Positions 58,493-64,000 of a stretch of DNA of 64,000 nucleotides are shown here, piece after piece. The stretch comes from a virus. Taxonomy: Duplodnaviria; Caudoviricetes. The notes under the pieces were generated by a model that did not search any database, was not told the DNA's origin, and saw only the letters and a program-made list of their open reading frames with translations. The DNA lies in IMG/VR virus record IMGVR_UViG_3300021399_000100, one strand, 5' to 3'. How positions within the stretch are numbered: the first letter of the stretch is position 1; every line of letters begins with the position of its first letter. A program made the position numbers and the translations under genes.

Positions 58493-59464
58493 ATGGGTGA
58501 ATTAGTATCATTTAGAAATATAAGAGAGGACGATCTATCATTCGCATTCTCCTCTGCTAGAGATAGCAAATATTCTGGGGCTTTTGTAAAAATAGGTTCA
58601 GGTGCCGTATCTGTGCAACCTGATAAACGACGCATACTGTTCCCTCATATAGGTTACCCAGAGTCACCAGGAACTCATGCAATAGCTATTATGCCTCATT
58701 CCTCTATGTCTATGGGAGGTTTTGCGTGGGAGGAGTTCAACACGTCTAGTTTTGGGGACGCCTTAGAGTTCACTTTTATAGAAGGCTCCACGAAGAATAC
58801 GTCATGGTATCCTTCTAATGATAATACATATAGGCATATTCATGCTAGACTGTATAATGTTACTGAATATCCGTTTGATTATTACATAAATGGCATGCTC
58901 GGTAAAGATGTTGATACTGATCTTATACAGAGCACATCTACTACTATATATCCTGGTGCATCTATGAGTTATATTCATGATGTACCAGTCCTTCATGCGA
59001 ATAATACTAGAATATGGATCAGTGATATAGCAAGCCATCTGGAAACTAGAGGAGTTAATAATGTTTCATTGATAGCAGATAATAGGTCTATGTATGAGAA
59101 GGATGGTGATACGACTTATGATTATCCTACCTCATGTGCCATGATTAATAATCATGATGCAAGCAAACTCATTGATAATGATACATTTACAACAGCAAAA
59201 ACTATACTATTAGGGTATTTAGACGACAAAGATGATCTATGTAAGCATATCAGTAAGCCAGTATCTGCATACATGTCTAGCATGCGTAGAGAGTTCTTAT
59301 CTATCAGAGTGATGAGACCATATATTATAACGCCATTAAGTACAAATGAAAAACTATGGAAATCTAATGCCCTTGATGTAGCTGCTCCTGAAGAGGTGGA
59401 CAGAATAGATGATGGCCATATAGAACTTATTGATGGGATGTGGGTTTCTGTAGATATTTCGTAA
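58493..59464 (+). CDS. hypothetical virion protein
   Basis: 323 aa, late operon. Confidence 0.55.
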   Translation: MGELVSFRNIREDDLSFAFSSARDSKYSGAFVKIGSGAVSVQPDKRRILFPHIGYPESPGTHAIAIMPHSSMSMGGFAWEEFNTSSFGDALEFTFIEGSTKNTSWYPSNDNTYRHIHARLYNVTEYPFDYYINGMLGKDVDTDLIQSTSTTIYPGASMSYIHDVPVLHANNTRIWISDIASHLETRGVNNVSLIADNRSMYEKDGDTTYDYPTSCAMINNHDASKLIDNDTFTTAKTILLGYLDDKDDLCKHISKPVSAYMSSMRREFLSIRVMRPYIITPLSTNEKLWKSNALDVAAPEEVDRIDDGHIELIDGMWVSVDIS

Positions 59465-59504
59465 ATAGATTAGCTATATATACAAAAGAACGCGCAGTGA
59501 AGTT

Positions 59505-60677
59505 ATGGTAAATGATTTGCATTTTAGGTTTACATATAAAGCAGATCCATGGAACTTGCTAAAAAATGAGCCAGATGGAGGCGATGCTATTAATGTATCA
59601 TTAGATACTCGTAAAGGAATGTCTTTCAAAATGGGAGACAGTACATCCTCTATTCCATCATTTATATATAGTGACTTCAAAAATGATGCGCATTTGTCAT
59701 CTCCAGGCGTAGGAACTTTTCTTATCGTAGCAGATAATGCTTCTAATTCTCTGAGGCTGATGAATGCAGGAGATTTCAGTGGTATAGAAGAAATTCCTCA
59801 GCTCACATCTAATAATACTCCAGACAACAAAACGATATATTATTATCGCAATGCTATAGGGTTTTCGTATACGTCTATAGGCAGTCAATTTCTATATGGC
59901 AATTACTTCAGCAAAAATGTGCCAGCTAGTAATGATTATATAGATTGTGTAAATTGGAGGGACTATCTCAGCAGCATTCATGACGTCTATATAGACAATG
60001 CTAACAGCTTTAGTGTGTTCAGCCGTTATGAAGGTCTGGGCATAGAAGGGACTGTAGGAGATAATGTACAGAGATACGCTAATTCATTTGGAGTCTTCCA
60101 GGCAAAACAGAAAGGAATCCATTATGGTATAGCATTAGGCTCTGCGGGTAGAGTTACTATAAATGATATAGACTTCCCTTCTTCATTCAGGGAATATATC
60201 TTGAACGGTTTGCATATTGAGTTAAACAATGCTATTCCGACAGGTTCTTCTATTCCATTATATTTTACAACATGTGGAATAGGACACTTGAGAATCAATG
60301 AGTTAGCTAGTATCAATTCTGTTTATGGCCGTATAAACTTTAACAATAACAATATAAATACTATCATGGGCCTGTCTACGGGATATAGACAGGTCAACAT
60401 TAGTAATATGAATATGCCATCTAAGAGCATACTCATATATAATAGTGATATACATATCTCTAATGACGCAGAGAGTGACGATGCAACCAGACCTCTCAAA
60501 GAATTGGCAGATAAGCATGACAGTACATCTATATGTTTAGTTGATGTTCGTTTGAAGACCATCAAAAAAGACAGAGGCAATATAATAAGTGATTCTATTT
60601 ATGCCAATAATAAGGGTTTTATTTGTGGATATAACAATATGACTGAAAAATGTATATGCATGACGATGGATGAGTAA
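59505..60677 (+). CDS. hypothetical virion protein
   Basis: 390 aa; GTAAATA at 59461. Confidence 0.55.
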   Translation: MVNDLHFRFTYKADPWNLLKNEPDGGDAINVSLDTRKGMSFKMGDSTSSIPSFIYSDFKNDAHLSSPGVGTFLIVADNASNSLRLMNAGDFSGIEEIPQLTSNNTPDNKTIYYYRNAIGFSYTSIGSQFLYGNYFSKNVPASNDYIDCVNWRDYLSSIHDVYIDNANSFSVFSRYEGLGIEGTVGDNVQRYANSFGVFQAKQKGIHYGIALGSAGRVTINDIDFPSSFREYILNGLHIELNNAIPTGSSIPLYFTTCGIGHLRINELASINSVYGRINFNNNNINTIMGLSTGYRQVNISNMNMPSKSILIYNSDIHISNDAESDDATRPLKELADKHDSTSICLVDVRLKTIKKDRGNIISDSIYANNKGFICGYNNMTEKCICMTMDE

Positions 60678-60694
60678 AATGAACTGCTTACGAA

Positions 60695-61366
60695 CTAAAG
60701 ATTTTTATCATCGTTAATTAGCTTGAAGTTCATGTCACTTAACAATCCTCTAAACGCAGCAGATACCTTTTCAGCATGTCTCGTCCGTATTGTTACAATA
60801 TCTTCATAAATATTCTCATTTCCGCACACCTCTGTGCTCCCGTGAACTCTTGCATCTTTACATGCAACAGCACGTTCATAGACACTAGCGTATCCATACA
60901 CCCATGCGTCGCCATACACCCATGCATGTCCATAAACTCGGGCATGACCACGGACCTCTGCATTGTCATGGATATTAGCATACTCATAAGCAGCAGCATC
61001 TCCGCCAACATCGGCATGCTCATAAACTCGAGCGTGGTCATAGACTTCAGCACATCCGTGGACTTTGGCATAATCATAAATTCCTGCACGTCCATAGACT
61101 TTTGCATAATCACAAACTCGAGCATTGTCATAAATTTTTGCATCTCCAAAGACTTTGGCTTTTCCGCTAACAATAGCATTATGCCGTACTTCAGCATTAC
61201 CGTAAACACGGGCATCATGATACACCCAACAATTTCCCTCCTGAGAGAGATTGTCTTCAGACGCAATTAATCCTCCTCTGTCTCCTTTCTTGACATCAGA
61301 GAAATCTTTAAGGGCGATGATTCTTAGCATATCACCCTCTTTTATAGTTTCGTATTTCATTTCCAT
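60695..61366 (-). CDS. Hexapeptide-repeat protein, paralog 4
   Basis: MEMKYETIKEGDMLRIIALKDF...NLSQEGNCW then xAxVY repeats; start at 61366. Confidence 0.85.
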   Translation of the reverse strand: MEMKYETIKEGDMLRIIALKDFSDVKKGDRGGLIASEDNLSQEGNCWVYHDARVYGNAEVRHNAIVSGKAKVFGDAKIYDNARVCDYAKVYGRAGIYDYAKVHGCAEVYDHARVYEHADVGGDAAAYEYANIHDNAEVRGHARVYGHAWVYGDAWVYGYASVYERAVACKDARVHGSTEVCGNENIYEDIVTIRTRHAEKVSAAFRGLLSDMNFKLINDDKNL

Positions 61367-61389
61367 TTTACGTATTAGTTCGTTTAGCT

Positions 61390-61773
61390 TTATATTTCTA
61401 TTCTGAAAAAATGAGCAGTTGAATCTCCTGCAAAACTGTAAAAATACATCATATGCCAATCTTCATAAGTTTTTTCACCCTTATTGAAGTATTCATTATG
61501 TATTATATACTTTTCAGAGATGTCCAACGAATCACTTGGAATGTTTTTAAACGCGTATCCATTGGCACTTTTTTCTGAATACATTATACGATTATTTGTC
61601 AATGTATCAGTGAATAGCACTTGCCTTGTTCTTTCGCAGTACACTGTTATTACTTCGCATTCCCTCAAATATGGAATGCTTTTGACCGAAGTAGTGCCCT
61701 TATTTGCATCATTGCAGCAATTAAAACATAAAATTGCTACCAAATAAATTATAATCCTTTTAAACATTTTCAT
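61390..61773 (-). CDS. putative lipoprotein
   Basis: Basic N-terminus, hydrophobic core, ILCFNCC followed by ND. Confidence 0.55.
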   Translation of the reverse strand: MKMFKRIIIYLVAILCFNCCNDANKGTTSVKSIPYLRECEVITVYCERTRQVLFTDTLTNNRIMYSEKSANGYAFKNIPSDSLDISEKYIIHNEYFNKGEKTYEDWHMMYFYSFAGDSTAHFFRIEI

Positions 61774-61794
61774 AATTGTATTTTTGATATTTTA

Positions 61795-62100
61795 TTATAA
61801 TTCTTTTGCTAGTTTGAGCAAATATTCATAATACATCCTAGTACTGTCGTATCCAATTAGAAGTTCGTGTAACTTTTCTACAAAATGATTTACTATGGCT
61901 TCTTTATCAGATGCGATGAATGAGTCTATATTAAAGTAAAAAAAAGATACATTTGGGCTAACCTTATATGGTTCGCAGTCACTTGTGAATATTATGATAG
62001 TGTCTTTTGAATACGGGTCGGGCTCAACAGTAAGAATGTTTTTCTTGCTAAATCCGACATATAAAACATCACCAAATTTAAGATCTCCGAATTTTTTCAT
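61795..62100 (-). CDS. hypothetical protein
   Basis: MKKFGDLKFGDVLY start. Confidence 0.65.
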   Translation of the reverse strand: MKKFGDLKFGDVLYVGFSKKNILTVEPDPYSKDTIIIFTSDCEPYKVSPNVSFFYFNIDSFIASDKEAIVNHFVEKLHELLIGYDSTRMYYEYLLKLAKEL

Positions 62101-62276
62101 AACTCTTCAATTATTATTCTTTTTGTTTTGTTATAAACAACACGCAGTAATTCTCTTGCACCATCAAGGGTGTAGAATCTTGCGATATCGTGCCACCACA
62201 AAAAACCGAGCATCCTCTTTTGGACGATGAAGCTCTGATCACTAGCGTCTTCTTTTACTATTCTAAAACTTTTCAT
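62097..62276 (-). CDS. small hypothetical protein (59 aa, not in ORF track)
   Basis: MKSFRIVK...IVQKRMLGFLWW...TLDGAR; homolog of 43472..43711; ATGA overlap. Confidence 0.6.
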   Translation of the reverse strand: MKSFRIVKEDASDQSFIVQKRMLGFLWWHDIARFYTLDGARELLRVVYNKTKRIIIEEL

Positions 62277-62288
62277 TTTATCTCTTGT

Positions 62289-63137
62289 TTATTTTAGCCA
62301 TGTTACTGATTTGCAACCTTTGAAAGGATTAACCCCAAGTTCAACATTACTTTCCGAATTGTTAATCACAATATCCAGATTTATGCAACCTTTAAAAGCG
62401 TCATGTTCAATATAGGTAACACTCTCAGGAATAGTTATGTTTGTCAAACTACGGCAATTATGAAATGCTGATGACATGATGTTTGTAACACTTTCAGGGA
62501 TATTTATGTTCTTCAGAGAAGAACAGTTAACGAAGGAATAATCTTCAATGGTAGTCACTCCATCAGAAATCTTTACACTTTCAAGACGATTACATCCTCC
62601 AAAGATTCGCGTGCCTATGTATTGTACACCTTCAGGAATATTAATACTAGTAAGGTTAGTACATTCATAAAAGGCGCAATGACCAATTCTCGTTACACTA
62701 TCTGGAATAATTATGTTAGTAAGACTACTACATTCTGAAAATGCATCATTTCCGATAATTGTTACTCCTTCAGGAAGATTGATATCATTTAAATGATAAC
62801 ATCCGAAAAATGCAGAATCTCCAATTTGTGTTACACCTTCAGGAATGTTAATACTGGTTAAACTATGACATTCAGAAAATGCAGAATCTCCAATGCAAAC
62901 CACACCATTAGGAATGTCAATATTAGTTAAATTAAAACATTTATCAAATGCAGAATCTTCAATAAGAGTAGCACCCTTAGGAATTATTACATCTGTGAGT
63001 TCACCCCATGAATAGAAATCTTCTAAGTCCATACCACAGCATTCATAATCCTCAATTTTAGAAGGAATGATGAATTTTCCTTTTCGTGATGAGAATTTGA
63101 CGTGGAGAACTTCTCCGTTTTTGTTCTTGTATATCAT
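62289..63137 (-). CDS. BspA-type leucine-rich repeat (LRR_5) protein
   Basis: Repeated LT.I.IP.GVT.IG..AF..C units; early promoter at 63169-63201(-). Confidence 0.9.
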   Translation of the reverse strand: MIYKNKNGEVLHVKFSSRKGKFIIPSKIEDYECCGMDLEDFYSWGELTDVIIPKGATLIEDSAFDKCFNLTNIDIPNGVVCIGDSAFSECHSLTSINIPEGVTQIGDSAFFGCYHLNDINLPEGVTIIGNDAFSECSSLTNIIIPDSVTRIGHCAFYECTNLTSINIPEGVQYIGTRIFGGCNRLESVKISDGVTTIEDYSFVNCSSLKNINIPESVTNIMSSAFHNCRSLTNITIPESVTYIEHDAFKGCINLDIVINNSESNVELGVNPFKGCKSVTWLK

Positions 63138-63242
63138 ATCTATCCTTATTTTTGTTTATTATTATGACATAAAAATACACTAATTTTTCCATATATCCAC
63201 ATATATGCAACGAATATTTTAATGTACATGCAGAAAATATAA

Positions 63243-63265
63243 AGGGGTATCAATTAGATACCCCT
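63243..63265 (-). terminator. Rho-independent terminator
   Basis: aggggtatc/gatacccct. Confidence 0.65.
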
Positions 63266-63313
63266 AACAACTCGGGTAGAATCAGAGTCCATCGATGATT
63301 ATTTGGCAATTAG

Positions 63314-64000
63314 TTACTCCTCAATTACAGGCTCCATCCACTCGCCTCCATTTTTGCGGATTAGAATACCTTTTGCAACTTCTTCATTAGCTTCATCAAA
63401 TGAATAATAAAAGTCGAAATGCGCAGTAGTTCCTTCTTTATGGCAATACTCTCGATGTTCCTCTGGGCATTCTCTAAGCCACCAAGTAAACTCTTGGTAT
63501 GTCATCCTATGGCGTTTTGTTTCAACCTTGATAAAGAGGTCAAATGGACGTTCTTGGTAGTCGCCATTATATAATTTCCCACTTTCTGTAAAGGCCTGAG
63601 GAACTTCTTTGCCGTCCACTAGTTCTACAAGACCTAGAATTGGATAATCTTTATTTTTCACATCATAACGACATATCGTTACGGGACGACCATTTCGTGT
63701 GATTACTTGTGCACCAGCCTTTGCTTTCTCCGCGTCAAAGGGGATTAATTTCATTTCGTCCATATTTCCTTCCTGGATAGCGGCCTTCTTATTTTCGTCG
63801 TTGTCTTCAACTTCCACCCCGATAACAAGGTCGTTATTATTAAAGCCATCACTATTGAAACACCGTCCATTAATATCATAGTACACAGGTTTGTCAAAAC
63901 CAGAAGAATCTTCGCATCCTCTATTAAAGAGAATACCGAGGATAGGATACTTCTCTCGCTCCTTGTTATAGAATATCTTTACAGGTTGTCCTGCTTTAGT
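63314..64000 (-). CDS. hypothetical protein with repeated PFD.EKAKAG...TR.G.PV.I...YPILG domain; 5' end off window
   Basis: Frame is open to the window edge (TKAGQPVKIFYNKEREKYPILG...), a second copy of the same domain. Confidence 0.7.
   Translation of the reverse strand, partial: TKAGQPVKIFYNKEREKYPILGILFNRGCEDSSGFDKPVYYDINGRCFNSDGFNNNDLVIGVEVEDNDENKKAAIQEGNMDEMKLIPFDAEKAKAGAQVITRNGRPVTICRYDVKNKDYPILGLVELVDGKEVPQAFTESGKLYNGDYQERPFDLFIKVETKRHRMTYQEFTWWLRECPEEHREYCHKEGTTAHFDFYYSFDEANEEVAKGILIRKNGGEWMEPVIEE

Overview
This 64 kb window is a segment of a large, AT-rich T4-like (myovirus, probably jumbo) phage genome in standard genetic code. The host is most likely an anaerobic Bacteroidota/Bacteroidales bacterium: Bacteroidota-style -33/-7 promoters, mostly no Shine-Dalgarno sites, NrdG and a BspA-type LRR protein all point that way. 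Recognisable core genes are gp46-like ATPase, type II topoisomerase large subunit, UvsY-like protein, only the N-terminal half of a family B DNA polymerase, RNase H/5'-3' exonuclease, gp32-like SSB, a sigma70-family factor, major capsid protein, and tail/baseplate genes (gp15-, gp6-, gp7-, gp53-, gp25-, gp5-like). Four things stand out. (1) A 7-deazaguanine toolkit has QueC and a TGT/DpdA-like barrel fused to a P-loop nucleotide kinase, near N-glycosidase-fold and phosphatase genes, which suggests nucleotide-level (pre-replicative) guanine replacement. (2) Six diversified paralogous genes at 12.1-16.1 kb form a convergent inverted cassette, all starting with a T4 internal-protein-like capsid-targeting sequence (MKxFxxFIxE). 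(3) Three promoter motifs sort cleanly with early, replication and late genes. (4) A split DNA polymerase, a soluble Clp-type AAA+/FtsH-M41 protease fusion, a candidate structured leader RNA and recombinationally shuffled paralog arrays are also present. All calls come from motif reading by eye; no database searches were run.
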